The notes: a model not told the origin generated them from the sequence alone. DNA of 64,000 nucleotides from an uncultured bacterium (GCA_963729625.1 CAVSOU010000010.1:128001-192000), one strand, 5' to 3'; positions 10,744 through 20,851 are shown, counted from the first letter of the stretch. Translations and numbers: made by a program.

Positions 10744-11547
10744 TCACGACTTTCGATGTCGAAGCGCGAGCGTGCTGATTGATACACAAACGCAGACGAT
10801 GACGGCTTCGGTGATCAGCGAAGTCTGCCAGACCGCAAAGGGCAGCTGGGGGCTAAATGACGGGTCCTGGTGGTAGAGCAAAGCAGCGAGACCAAAGCCC
10901 GGATCGAGGTACGCTGCAAAGGGTGCAGTGGAATCGCTGATGTTGTCCACATAGCCCGCCTCATACAGGTAGATCGTAAGTAGTGCTAACCCGGCTACGA
11001 GCGCCAGGACGGCAAGGTAGGTGATGACGGTCGCCGCGCTCGATCTCCGAGTGAGCGTGCTGATCGCCAACCCGATGCTGCCGAAGCAGACAATTGACAC
11101 GATGTAGAGCAGCATCAGCTCCAATACCGTGTCCAGGCCAACTCCGCCAAACAGGAAGACAAGCGAGAAGACAGGCATAGCGCAGAGGATAAGCAGAAGG
11201 TCGAAGGCTATCGCCGCCAGGAGTTTTCCTGAGGCAATGCCGAGCGACGACAGCTTCGTCACGAGCAGCAGATCGAGCGTCTGCCGCTGCCGCTCGCCGC
11301 TGATCGCTCCAGCCGTGGCCGCTGGAGTTATGAACATGATGAGAGCACCCTGAAGAATGGCCAGGGTGTTGAAGAGGTTCAGACCCAGGGACCGTGCCTG
11401 GTTCGCACTGAATGTCTGCGCGTTCAAGCCGTTCGAGAGAACGGCGTAGCTCACCAGTGACAGCATGCAGAGGTAGAGCATCATGATGGCAGGGGATCGC
11501 CACCCACGCATACGGACGCGCAGTTCCTTGCGCAGAATAGGGATCAT
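10744..11547 (-). CDS. ABC transporter permease (ABC-2 type)
   Basis: ILRKELRVRMRG, AISGERQRQTLDLLLVT, GKL motif; about 6 TM helices. Confidence 0.9.
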   Translation of the reverse strand: MIPILRKELRVRMRGWRSPAIMMLYLCMLSLVSYAVLSNGLNAQTFSANQARSLGLNLFNTLAILQGALIMFITPAATAGAISGERQRQTLDLLLVTKLSSLGIASGKLLAAIAFDLLLILCAMPVFSLVFLFGGVGLDTVLELMLLYIVSIVCFGSIGLAISTLTRRSSAATVITYLAVLALVAGLALLTIYLYEAGYVDNISDSTAPFAAYLDPGFGLAALLYHQDPSFSPQLPFAVWQTSLITEAVIVCVCVSISTLALRHRKS

Positions 11548-12569
11548 AACGCCGATGTCTCCGCGTCTGCGCTGGTGAGCTGCATGAAGACTTCCTCAAG
11601 GTTGTCGCGAATCGGGGCGAAGAACACCACCCCTAGCCCGTTCTCGACGAGCGCACGTAGCAGATCTCGGAGCGCCAAGTCGTCGGCCAGAGTGTGGAAC
11701 GCAACGGCACATATGTCCCCGGATAACGCTCCGTCGCTGTCAACCGTGTCCTCGCGTTTCTCGACAGCAGTGACTTCGGCACGGTCTTCGAGGAAGGATT
11801 CGACCGACGTGCGCTCGGCAATAGCCCGCAGCTCAATCCGCCGCCCGGCGCTCATGCCGCTGAGCACATCGCCAACCGGACCTTCGCGAATCAGCTTGCC
11901 TTGCTCCACGATGCCGATATGCGTGCAGATCTCGGCCAGCTCGAGCAGGATATGCGAGCTCAGAAGGACGGTCTTGCCCATCCGTCGCAGCTCCTTCACT
12001 ATCTCTCGCATTTCATAACGGGCGCGCGGATCCATGCCGGATGCTGGTTCGTCGAGGAGCAAGACCTGCGGATCGTGGACAAGGCAACGGGCCAGTCCCA
12101 GGCGCTGTTTCATGCCGCGCGAAAGCGACTCAACATAGGCAGTGCGCTTCTCGACCAGGTCGACGAGGTCAAGAAGGTCGCCAATGGTCGTCGTCCGCAC
12201 GCGGGACGGCACCGCGTACGCATCGGCGTAGAATTCGAGATACTCCTGGACCGTAAGGTCGTCGTACACTCCGAAGAAGTCCGGCATGTAGCCTAGCAGG
12301 CCCCGCACCTGAGCCGGGTGCTCCCACACGTCCAGTCCGCCGATCGCGCAAGAGCCCTTATCGGCTTCCAACAGCGTGGATAGGATGCGCATCGTCGTCG
12401 TCTTTCCGGCGCCATTTGGCCCGACGAAACCATAGATGCTCCCTCGCTTGACCGACATGGTGAGGCCGTCGACGGCCCGGACCTGACCGAACTGCTTCAC
12501 GAGGCCACGCACCGCGATCGCCTCGTCGGTTGGCGCCGGCAGCCGGTCGCTCGCATCACGTCCGATCAT
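11544..12569 (-). CDS. ABC transporter ATP-binding protein
   Basis: GPNGAGKTT, LSRGMKQR, LLLDEP, SSH. Confidence 0.95.
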   Translation of the reverse strand: MIGRDASDRLPAPTDEAIAVRGLVKQFGQVRAVDGLTMSVKRGSIYGFVGPNGAGKTTTMRILSTLLEADKGSCAIGGLDVWEHPAQVRGLLGYMPDFFGVYDDLTVQEYLEFYADAYAVPSRVRTTTIGDLLDLVDLVEKRTAYVESLSRGMKQRLGLARCLVHDPQVLLLDEPASGMDPRARYEMREIVKELRRMGKTVLLSSHILLELAEICTHIGIVEQGKLIREGPVGDVLSGMSAGRRIELRAIAERTSVESFLEDRAEVTAVEKREDTVDSDGALSGDICAVAFHTLADDLALRDLLRALVENGLGVVFFAPIRDNLEEVFMQLTSADAETSAL

Positions 12570-15148
12570 GGGCCTACGCGTCCAGTGACGCCGATGGCTA
12601 CACCATAGTTGGGATCACCGATGGTGAGCCCCGCCGTTTGAGCACTCATCCTGATCCGGATCACGCCGGCGCCGTCGACGTAGCGGGCAGGTCTGCTCAC
12701 ACGGACCTGTCCGCTTGTGATGTCCACGGGCATCCACCGAGCGGCAGTCCAGTCCCAGACGGCACAGGATTGTGAGCTGAGGGGGATGCCCGCTCCCGGC
12801 GACGACGCGACGATCGAAAGCGACGTCAACGGGACCCGATAGCCCGCGCTGGAAGCCTCCGGAAGTTGCGCGACGAACACCGCACTGCTGTTTGGAGCCA
12901 GGCTGATCCCGCTGTCACCGGCACTGGTCTGCAGGTCCTGGTCCGCGCCTGCCAGGCGGGCCGGCAGGGTGCCCGCGCCGAGCGCGAGAGTGCCGGCCGA
13001 CAGATGTAGCGGCAGGCTCTGCACGATCATGTTCGTGTCGCTCCGTTGCGGCACGGCCCCATTGACGCGCAGCGCTTCAAGCTGATCGGATGTCCACCCG
13101 ATCGCAAGTACGTTGTTGAACGCCGCCGCGTTTGTGCTCCCGAGCACCGCCTGAGAGATGCGCTGGAAGCGCTCACCGGTTGATTCTCCGGGGTTCAATG
13201 GAATTGCCGGTCCGGCGGCCAGCAGGTGTGCGCTCCCATCGAGCAACAGCGAGACCGGTGCCCGCACCAACGCGAGGCCGGCACCGCCCAACTGTGTCGT
13301 CATGGGCGGCCGTGGCACGACGGCGCCAAGGCTGCCGTATTGAGTTGAAATGTCCCCCTGGCTCTGACCGCCCAATCCCATACTCAGTGAGACTGCACGT
13401 ACTGCGCCCGGCGCCACATCCCCCAAGGACTGAATCGATCCGTCAGGTGCCTGGACGAGCACACCGTGGATGCTCGTCGGTCCGGCATTCACAATGGTTC
13501 CGACAATTACTCCAGCGCGGGAGAGCGTGAGATTCGAACCGAGCGAAGGCCGCCTGGGGATAGTCAGAGCAAATGAAACACTCCTGGACGACCAGCTGGA
13601 TATGCCGGGCAGCGTACTCTGAGTGCTATCTTCGGCAATAAGCACTTGACTTGCTGCATTGCCGATGTCCGGTGGAGCCCCGTTCTGCACGTTGTAGAAC
13701 AGGGGGGCGGCAAGGCTGCTTGGGCTGTCCAAGGAGAGTGTGTAGTCTCCCGACGTCGGCGCTATCAGGCCAACATACATTTGGCCCAAATCGGTGCTCG
13801 AGTCCGGCGCCTCATATTCGACACTGACCATGCTTGCCCGCAACTCCCGGCCCCTGACGATATACGAGCCGACGATAAGCGTCGCGACGAGAATCACGGC
13901 CAGTCCCGGCAGCGTCGCCCAGCTCAGACTTCTGCGCCTCAGCCTTTGAAGAACGACGAAGTTGACCGGGAGCAAGGCGAAGACGTATACGCCCAGAAGA
14001 ACGACGAAGAGCGAGATTGACGGGGGCTCTATGCTGCTTATCTCACTATTGAGGCTGCTCTGCGTGTTGGTGATGCCAGTCCCGGCGAAGGATGTGGCCA
14101 GCGTTGATCCACCGGCTCGCACCGTGGCTGTAAGCAGTATCCAAAAATTCTGAAGGCCCGGCCACGAGGCGATCGGCGCGAGTGTAGGATCGATGGCACT
14201 GTACACGACCGATCCCCAGCCCAGGTCGCGCCCCGTCACAAGAGGTCTGCCTCGAGCCCGATCTCCGATTCCAACGACAGTCGCGGACTGGTCGTCGAGC
14301 AAGACACGCGCATTCGCGGGTTGTGCGATGGCGGCCACGATTCCGCCGCCCGGGAGTACGACGCGGCTGAAGGCGCTCAACGCGGGAACCCCGGATAGCA
14401 CAATCGGTGAGCGTATTCCCGCCACGCGGAGTTCCGGTGGAAGCCCGCTCATGACCGCCGGGGCTGTCGGGCCGCCAATGGCGACGAGCACGCCGCCGAG
14501 ATGAACCCACGTAGCCAGCGCGTCTGCTTGATCCTGGCCGAGCGATGTCGTGTCAAAGTTCTCGACGATTATCGCGTCGAGGCTAGCCAGAGCAAACGGT
14601 GACGGATCCATTGACGCAGCAGTGAGCGGCACAACGCGAAGCTGTATGCCGCCCAGCGATCCACCAAAGCTCTTCAGCTGCACATACGCCGCCGGAGTCC
14701 TCGACAGCACGCCGATGAACTCGGTCGCCGTCGAGATCTGACCCACGTTTGCCGTTTGGCGCTCAATCAGACGACCCTGAGCAGACAGATCAACCGTGAC
14801 AGCGGGCCCCAGGTCGACACCAGGCACATACAGCACGATGTCTTTGACGCTGCCGTCGGGTAGCACGACGGTACGCGTATAGGTCACACGATTATACGGC
14901 AGCACGGTTGGAAACTGCTGCGCCGCATCGTCGATACGAACTGTGCCGACGAATCCGCCACCACGGTTCGCAATTCGAATGTGGACAGGGAGAAACGATG
15001 ATGGCCGATAGTAGCCGCCGTAGCCGGCCCAGATCTGCATTTGGACGGAAGAAGTGGCCGCATGAGTCGACGGCGCATCCGCGGCGAGCGCAAACACCGG
15101 CGCGCATACAACCAGTATGAGTAGGAGTTGACGACAGGCGGCCATCAT
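12566..15148 (-). CDS. Large exported/membrane protein with a GATase-like domain; first gene of the ABC-MoxR-VWA operon
   Basis: Signal peptide after ATG 15148 (AGGGGA SD), ALATWVHLGGVLVAIGG, two central TM helices. Confidence 0.75.
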   Translation of the reverse strand: MMAACRQLLLILVVCAPVFALAADAPSTHAATSSVQMQIWAGYGGYYRPSSFLPVHIRIANRGGGFVGTVRIDDAAQQFPTVLPYNRVTYTRTVVLPDGSVKDIVLYVPGVDLGPAVTVDLSAQGRLIERQTANVGQISTATEFIGVLSRTPAAYVQLKSFGGSLGGIQLRVVPLTAASMDPSPFALASLDAIIVENFDTTSLGQDQADALATWVHLGGVLVAIGGPTAPAVMSGLPPELRVAGIRSPIVLSGVPALSAFSRVVLPGGGIVAAIAQPANARVLLDDQSATVVGIGDRARGRPLVTGRDLGWGSVVYSAIDPTLAPIASWPGLQNFWILLTATVRAGGSTLATSFAGTGITNTQSSLNSEISSIEPPSISLFVVLLGVYVFALLPVNFVVLQRLRRRSLSWATLPGLAVILVATLIVGSYIVRGRELRASMVSVEYEAPDSSTDLGQMYVGLIAPTSGDYTLSLDSPSSLAAPLFYNVQNGAPPDIGNAASQVLIAEDSTQSTLPGISSWSSRSVSFALTIPRRPSLGSNLTLSRAGVIVGTIVNAGPTSIHGVLVQAPDGSIQSLGDVAPGAVRAVSLSMGLGGQSQGDISTQYGSLGAVVPRPPMTTQLGGAGLALVRAPVSLLLDGSAHLLAAGPAIPLNPGESTGERFQRISQAVLGSTNAAAFNNVLAIGWTSDQLEALRVNGAVPQRSDTNMIVQSLPLHLSAGTLALGAGTLPARLAGADQDLQTSAGDSGISLAPNSSAVFVAQLPEASSAGYRVPLTSLSIVASSPGAGIPLSSQSCAVWDWTAARWMPVDITSGQVRVSRPARYVDGAGVIRIRMSAQTAGLTIGDPNYGVAIGVTGRVGP

Positions 15149-15289
15149 GACGCGGTGTTCCCCTGAATTGGCCCAAGCCGAAGCACCCCAGGGTAGAGAT
15201 ACCCTGGAACAGTTTGGCGGCAGCCACCGGACATAGAACAACGCCCAGCTCCGGGCATCCGTTGCGCCGTGTCGCGCACGCTAAAGGGT

Positions 15290-15314
15290 ATTACACTGTC
15301 TGATCTAGTGTAAT
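15290..15314. promoter_or_regulatory. AT-rich inverted repeat ATTACACT-N9-AGTGTAAT, candidate operator
   Basis: Perfect 8-bp arms about 140 bp upstream of the operon start, in otherwise GC-rich DNA. Confidence 0.5.
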
Positions 15315-15385
15315 CCGGCCGCGGCTAAGTAGCGCGGGACGGCGACAGTCGGGCGCACACATGGTATGAATGCGTGCGGACGGCT

Positions 15386-17233
15386 CTAGCTCCCGATTTT
15401 GGCGATTAGCTGTGCCGCCGTTTTGCGAGCGAGATTCGACGGAATCGCGAAGAAGATGCCCTGCGTCTCCTTCTGGCTGAGCGTGTTGACGCCGACCACA
15501 TTGAACTTCTCATCCAGAAGCGGTCCGCCACTGTTTCCGTGATTGATGAAGCTCTGATGCTGTATCCAGACCGGACCGTAGCCGTCCTGGAGATCTCGGC
15601 CGAGAGCGGAGATCGCACCCTCCGTTGCCGTAGGAGGACCGGGCAGGTCGAAGGCGTCACCGTAGCCGATGCTGACCACCTTCTGGAGCACGTGCAGCTT
15701 GTCGGAGTCGGCCCAAGGCAGTGGCTTGAGGCCGGTCGGCTGAAGCTTGACGACTGCCAGGTCACCCGCGGTACCGGCCTCGGCAGTGTTCTCGACCACA
15801 GCAAGGGCCTGGTACGTGGTATTGCCGTCCGGACTCATGGCGGTGGTTCCCTTGACGGTTCCCCCGTCGACGACATGCTTGTTCGTGATCAGGTACGTTC
15901 CAGTCGAATCCGATCTGATGACAAAGCCTGTGCCTTCGGCTTCCATGTTATTCGGCAGCGAGACGTGCAGGCGGAGAATACTCGGCTCGATGCACGTCGC
16001 GATCACGTCGGATTGGCGACACACCGGCACTTTGACCGTCCGGCTTCCAACGCCAAAGAATGTGCTGGCCAGCACCTGGCCTCCGACAACGAGATCGGCG
16101 CGGTATGCGCCGTCGGGCCATGCGCCGACCGGAGCCTGCACGGGCGATATCTGCAGGCCATCTTTATAGGACGTGACGTACGGGCCATGCGTCACTACGA
16201 CCTGACCGCCGTGATTCCTGACCACCACGGTGTACTCCGTGACCTTGGGCACGGCATTCAGGTATTCGAAGTAGAACGCCACCACCTTTGTTCCCGAAAG
16301 AAACGTCGTGGTCTTCGTTGGGCGGGTCGCGGTAGAGCTCTTTGCCCATGCCTGTCCGGCAGCCTCAGTGGCAGGGTAGAGGATCCCGATGCTCACGGTC
16401 TGCCCGCCGACGACGAACGTCGTATGATGCTGCACCTTGCCGTCGAGGAAGAGGCTGGCGGAGTACGGTCCCGCGGGATACGCTTTGGCGTCGGGCGCGA
16501 GGACGTACCGCATGACCAGGCCATTCTTGTAGGACACTGCAAAAGGGCCTCGGCTCGTGTACAAGGAGCCAGTCGGGCCATAGATAGCGATCTTGTACTG
16601 CGTGACTTTTGGCGTCGCGTTCGTGTATTCGAAGTAGAACGCTACGATCGATGTCCCGGCAGAGAACTTCGCCGTCGGCGGCGGAGGCGCGGCGCTCGTG
16701 CTGGCGTTCCACGCATCGTACGCGCCTTTTGTGGCGGTGTAGAAGACCGACGCCGCCACCTTCGAAGTGCTGCCGACGGTGAACGATGTGCTCTCGACCT
16801 TGGCCCTGTTCACGAGCAGGTCGGCAGTGAACGCGCCATTGGAGAAGGCCGTCGTGGGGGCGTCAATTGCCTCCATGTGGAGCGCAGCGTTGTGATCGGT
16901 GGTGAACGGCCCGTCGGTGACCACGCTGGTGCCGGCGCTGTTCTTGATGACGATCGTAAACGTCGTGGAGTGCGCGGTCGCGCCATCGTACTCAAAATAG
17001 AATCCGACGGTGGCCGTGCCCGAAGCGAAGACGGTCGTCTTCGGCGGACGCGCGTCAGACTTACTGGAGTTCCAGGCGTCGTACGCGGCCTTCGTCGTCG
17101 GATAGAAGATGGAGACAGATGCACTCGAAGCCGGGCGCGCCGCCGCGGGCAACGTTGGCGTCGCCGCGAAGAGCAGAAGAATCATCGAGATCAATCGGCA
17201 TGTTCGCGGCCATGGGATGCGGATATTCCTCAC
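15386..17233 (-). CDS. Secreted trypsin-like (S1C-type) serine protease with three N-terminal repeats and no PDZ domain
   Basis: GGAG SD plus GTG 17233, signal peptide; catalytic motifs TNKHVV, GDLAVV, GNSGGP. Confidence 0.9.
   Translation of the reverse strand: MRNIRIPWPRTCRLISMILLLFAATPTLPAAARPASSASVSIFYPTTKAAYDAWNSSKSDARPPKTTVFASGTATVGFYFEYDGATAHSTTFTIVIKNSAGTSVVTDGPFTTDHNAALHMEAIDAPTTAFSNGAFTADLLVNRAKVESTSFTVGSTSKVAASVFYTATKGAYDAWNASTSAAPPPPTAKFSAGTSIVAFYFEYTNATPKVTQYKIAIYGPTGSLYTSRGPFAVSYKNGLVMRYVLAPDAKAYPAGPYSASLFLDGKVQHHTTFVVGGQTVSIGILYPATEAAGQAWAKSSTATRPTKTTTFLSGTKVVAFYFEYLNAVPKVTEYTVVVRNHGGQVVVTHGPYVTSYKDGLQISPVQAPVGAWPDGAYRADLVVGGQVLASTFFGVGSRTVKVPVCRQSDVIATCIEPSILRLHVSLPNNMEAEGTGFVIRSDSTGTYLITNKHVVDGGTVKGTTAMSPDGNTTYQALAVVENTAEAGTAGDLAVVKLQPTGLKPLPWADSDKLHVLQKVVSIGYGDAFDLPGPPTATEGAISALGRDLQDGYGPVWIQHQSFINHGNSGGPLLDEKFNVVGVNTLSQKETQGIFFAIPSNLARKTAAQLIAKIGS
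16046..17107 (-). repeat. Three tandem ~118-aa beta-rich protein repeats
   Basis: Each unit has (F/L)YxxTxxAxxAW, FxxGTxxVxFYFEY, GP(F/Y), Gx(F/Y)xAxL and FxVG. Confidence 0.85.
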
Positions 17234-17515
17234 GTTGCGTCTCCATGTTCCTGTCGCCCATTTGGGCTGCGTCCAATACTCGAAAGTAGTCAGGCATTGC
17301 CTGCTACTGTACCACGAGTTTCCGAAGGGAGCAGCCCTCCCATCAGTCCTGCAGTCGGCGCCAGGCACACGCGAGCCCCCTCGCGCACAGTCTGGATGGT
17401 GCACGATCACGTTCCATGGTCCGCCATGCCACACTCGGGGAACCGGCAGCGCGCAGCGCTGTTGTCTGAAGACGTCGTCGTATCGATCTTGGTCCGAGCG
17501 CTCGGTTTGCCCGGG

Positions 17516-18541
17516 TTACGCGACTGCCGTGGTATCCGACAGCTCAGCCCTGTAGCCATATGCCTGGAACAGGGTAGTAAGCAGCATCCTCGCCTCTCGC
17601 AGATTCGCCTGGCCCGTGGTGTTGCTGTCGTCGCTCAGGATCTGATTGAACAGAGCGACAAACCACTCCGGGTGATAGGACGAGTCGGAAAGGCGTTCAG
17701 CATACGGTCGAACCTCCTCACCGTCGTCAGTGCGAATAACGAGCCTGTCATCCTCGATTGCTATGCTACCCCTGGTCCCCTTTATCTCTCCATCATTGGT
17801 CCGCGCCGGCGCTGCCCAGGACAGCTCGATGCGTCCAGTCGCCCCAGGAAAGTCAAAATCGAGCGTAGCGACATCCTCAACGGGCAGGTGAACCGGCGCT
17901 ACCGTATCCAGTTTCGCTCGTACCTTGTCGGGGTTCGTGCCAATCCAGTTTGCCATCAGGTACAGCTGATGCCACCCGTGATCAAGGACAATCCCGCCCC
18001 CCGCGTACTTGGGATCGGTTCGCCAGCGAGGCTGCCAGCTCGAGACACCCAACGCACAGTCGGGACGCAGCGTCCGAAGCTGTACGTGGGTCACCGGCCC
18101 GATCGTGCCATCGCGCAGCACGGCGCTCACCAAGCGATGCAGATCACTGTGAAACCAGCTGTTGACCGTATAGACCTGCGAACTGGAAAGCGCGCGCGCG
18201 GACGCGATCGTTCGGTACTCGCAGGGAGCAGCGGTGAGCGGTTTCTCGCACACGATGCGACGGATCCCTGCCGAGCAGCCCGCAACGATACTTGGAGCAT
18301 GATCGTTAGGCGGCGTACAGACATCAAGGACATCAAGCGTCTCTTTTCGGAGCATGTCGGCGCAGGTTCCGTAGACATGCGCGTGAGGGAATGCCTCAAG
18401 GGCAGTTGCGCGCCGGACAGGGCACGTATCGGCGACGGCCACTATATCGGCAGATGGCAGAGCCATCCACGCAGGTGCATGCGCCGACTCGGCGATCTTC
18501 CCAAACCCCACGATGCCTACCCGATGTATCCTGCTTTTCAT
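17516..18541 (-). CDS. Gfo/Idh/MocA family oxidoreductase
   Basis: VGIVGFGKIA, CEKP, GGGIVLDHGWH. Confidence 0.92.
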   Translation of the reverse strand: MKSRIHRVGIVGFGKIAESAHAPAWMALPSADIVAVADTCPVRRATALEAFPHAHVYGTCADMLRKETLDVLDVCTPPNDHAPSIVAGCSAGIRRIVCEKPLTAAPCEYRTIASARALSSSQVYTVNSWFHSDLHRLVSAVLRDGTIGPVTHVQLRTLRPDCALGVSSWQPRWRTDPKYAGGGIVLDHGWHQLYLMANWIGTNPDKVRAKLDTVAPVHLPVEDVATLDFDFPGATGRIELSWAAPARTNDGEIKGTRGSIAIEDDRLVIRTDDGEEVRPYAERLSDSSYHPEWFVALFNQILSDDSNTTGQANLREARMLLTTLFQAYGYRAELSDTTAVA

Positions 18542-18561
18542 ACTCTCCGACGGACTCCCAG

Positions 18562-19890
18562 CTACACTGTGGTGCCTGACAGCACTGCCTCAATAACATC
18601 CAGACCAGCCGATGCATCTTCTTTCGAAATGACCAGTGGCGGATTGATGCGCAGCGCCGTACCGCTCGGCATGACGAGCACACCCTTGCCAAGAATATTA
18701 GAGAACACCGCTCGCATCTGATCGCGAGTCAAACCTGCCTTTGACCTCGAGTTGCGCACCAGTTCGACGCCCAACAGGAGACCCTTGCCCCGAACATCCC
18801 CAATGATCGGCGATCGCTGAGCGATTTCGCGAAGGCGATTGAGCATGAAGTCGCCGACCCCGCTTGCACGATCTCCCAACGATTCCTGGCGGAGTACGCG
18901 GAGCGTGGCCAACGCCGCAGCACAGGCGAGCGCATTACCACCGTAGCTGGAGCTGTTTCCACTGGGCTTGGCCCAGGGCTGCGCGCTGGCAATATCTTCA
19001 CGCGCTGCCACCCCGCTGATCGGATACCCGTTGCCAAACCCTTTTCCCATAACCAGGATGTCGGGCTCCACGCCTTCGTCATGCATGAAGGCGAAAGCTT
19101 TCCCTGTGCGATAGAAGCCGGTAATCATCTCGTCAACAATGAGCAGGGCACCGATCTCGCGCGCAACCTTCTGAACTTCGGCGAGAAAGCCCGCGGGAGG
19201 CACGACATTACCACCGCGGCCCTGAACAGGTTCGACAATGATCGCGGCAATCTCACGATTCGTTCCATGCTCAATCGATTCTCGCAGGAATCGAACACTC
19301 TCGACCGCGCAGTCGGTCCCAGGTCCGAAAACGTTCCGGTAGGGATTTGCATATGGCACCGCGTGCGTGCCGGGCGCAGGCAAGCCATACCCCGACTGCT
19401 CGCCCTCGGAGAGCGGCCGCGTGCCGTCGGTCTTGCCGTGATAGCCGCCCCAGAACCCGACGATGGTAGACTTCTTCGTGGCGCACCGCGCAAGCCGAAG
19501 CGCGGCCTCGACAGCTTCGGCCCCGCCACTGTAGAACTGCATGCGATTCAGGTGGGTGGGAAGGATCGCGCGCAGCTCTTCCAGTAGCTCGACACGCGCC
19601 TCGGAGGTGAAGGATCCGGCAGCGAGTTTCGCCGCCTGCCGCGCTATCGCCTCCGCATGCGCCGGATGGCCGTGCCCGATGCTGCACACTCCGATTCCTG
19701 CCATGAAGTCGATAATGCCGTTTCCGTCGACATCCCAGAGCACAGCGCCCCGACCATGGCTGAAGGACACGCGGGCCCACTGCGTAACACTCTGCAAACC
19801 CGGAGCGACTATCGACTCTTCGCGCCTCCACAGAGCGAGCGACCGAGGACCAGGGATCGTCGTGCGCACGAGAGGGAGAGACGCCTGCAT
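18562..19890 (-). CDS. Class III PLP-dependent aminotransferase
   Basis: SGGAEAVE, YHGKT, IVEPVQGRGG, VDEMITGFYRTG, MGKGFGNG; AGGAG SD. Confidence 0.92.
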   Translation of the reverse strand: MQASLPLVRTTIPGPRSLALWRREESIVAPGLQSVTQWARVSFSHGRGAVLWDVDGNGIIDFMAGIGVCSIGHGHPAHAEAIARQAAKLAAGSFTSEARVELLEELRAILPTHLNRMQFYSGGAEAVEAALRLARCATKKSTIVGFWGGYHGKTDGTRPLSEGEQSGYGLPAPGTHAVPYANPYRNVFGPGTDCAVESVRFLRESIEHGTNREIAAIIVEPVQGRGGNVVPPAGFLAEVQKVAREIGALLIVDEMITGFYRTGKAFAFMHDEGVEPDILVMGKGFGNGYPISGVAAREDIASAQPWAKPSGNSSSYGGNALACAAALATLRVLRQESLGDRASGVGDFMLNRLREIAQRSPIIGDVRGKGLLLGVELVRNSRSKAGLTRDQMRAVFSNILGKGVLVMPSGTALRINPPLVISKEDASAGLDVIEAVLSGTTV

Positions 19891-19928
19891 CAACACTCCT
19901 CGGTTCAAAGGTCGTAGCGTGCGGTCGG

Positions 19929-19957
19929 AACATAGCATGTCGCTTACGGACGGTCAA
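19929..19957 (-). promoter_or_regulatory. Sigma70-type promoter for the aminotransferase operon
   Basis: TTGACC-17 nt-TATGTT with an extended -10 TGn on the minus strand. Confidence 0.55.
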
Positions 19958-20187
19958 TGCAAAATGGGCCGGGAAACATTTCCATTTTTTGCCGATGAGC
20001 GAGCACGTACTACCGCAGCCGGTCGAAGCCGCCGCCAGAGTGTGCGCTCGAGCCGACCGCTGCCATTTTGTACGCGGCGCAGGGCTGCGGGCATCCGGCG
20101 GCAATTCACGCCGTCGGGCCGGTCGGACAGCCGCCGTCCGATTCGGATTTCCTCTTGCGCCTTGCAGTCGCCGCGGAGTGCTTCGGG

Positions 20188-20619
20188 CTAGGCCTGAATA
20201 GTCACTTGTGCCCGATGCTGGGCCGGTCCGGTCTTCCGAACTGCCGTGCCGGTCGCGGTGACCTCCATCCACTCATTGTTATGGAGATACTCAATCTTTA
20301 TCTCAACTCCGACGACAGAATCGGCGCCGAGTGAATCGGCCTCCGCCTGCATGCGTTGCAGCGCAAGCTCGCGCGCATCATACATCAGTTGGGTGACTTC
20401 CTTGATCTCGCCTTTGAAGTTGGCCTTGAAGCCCGCGAGCCAGTTACGCATGGCGCCCATTGAGTAGACACAGTTCCCGAGCACGAGCCCGAGCACCTGG
20501 AAACCCGCGTCATTAACCAGCCAGAACTCCTGGCCCGAAAGGTCTGAAGTGGCGGCATGCGGTCCCGCTGCAGGCACTGCTACCTGGCCGGCTTCTTGGT
20601 CGCGTCCATGACCGAACAT
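20188..20619 (-). CDS. YbjQ-like (UPF0145) putative heavy-metal-binding protein
   Basis: GEIKEVTQLMYDARELALQRMQAEADSLGADSVVGV and ATGTAV; GGAGG SD. Confidence 0.88.
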   Translation of the reverse strand: MFGHGRDQEAGQVAVPAAGPHAATSDLSGQEFWLVNDAGFQVLGLVLGNCVYSMGAMRNWLAGFKANFKGEIKEVTQLMYDARELALQRMQAEADSLGADSVVGVEIKIEYLHNNEWMEVTATGTAVRKTGPAQHRAQVTIQA

Positions 20620-20851
20620 CGTGATCCCTCCTGCGCGTCAGCCTCACTCGGCAGTCTTTGCTCAGTGCGTTCATGGCGCTCAGAAGGCCTGAGTGCCGGC
20701 CTGCCGTTTCAGGCCCGAGTATAGCACGTGCGGTCTGGGCAAATGCCACCTGCTACACTGTAGGGTTGTAGCTGATCGAAGGCATGCCGTGGGTAACGTT
20801 GTTTACCGGCGCCCTTGCATTGCAGACAATGTCGGTTAGGAGTTGGCAGGC

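Noticed and set aside
17255-17320. Possible c-di-GMP-I riboswitch before the protease (GGCAA..GGACGCA on the minus strand)
   Set aside because: The loop is UUCG rather than GNRA and no second stem with a tetraloop receptor is evident.
15539-18721. 1060-aa plus-strand ORF
   Set aside because: It is antisense to three genes with clear motifs, is Arg/Gly-rich and has no motif of its own. This is a typical high-GC shadow ORF.
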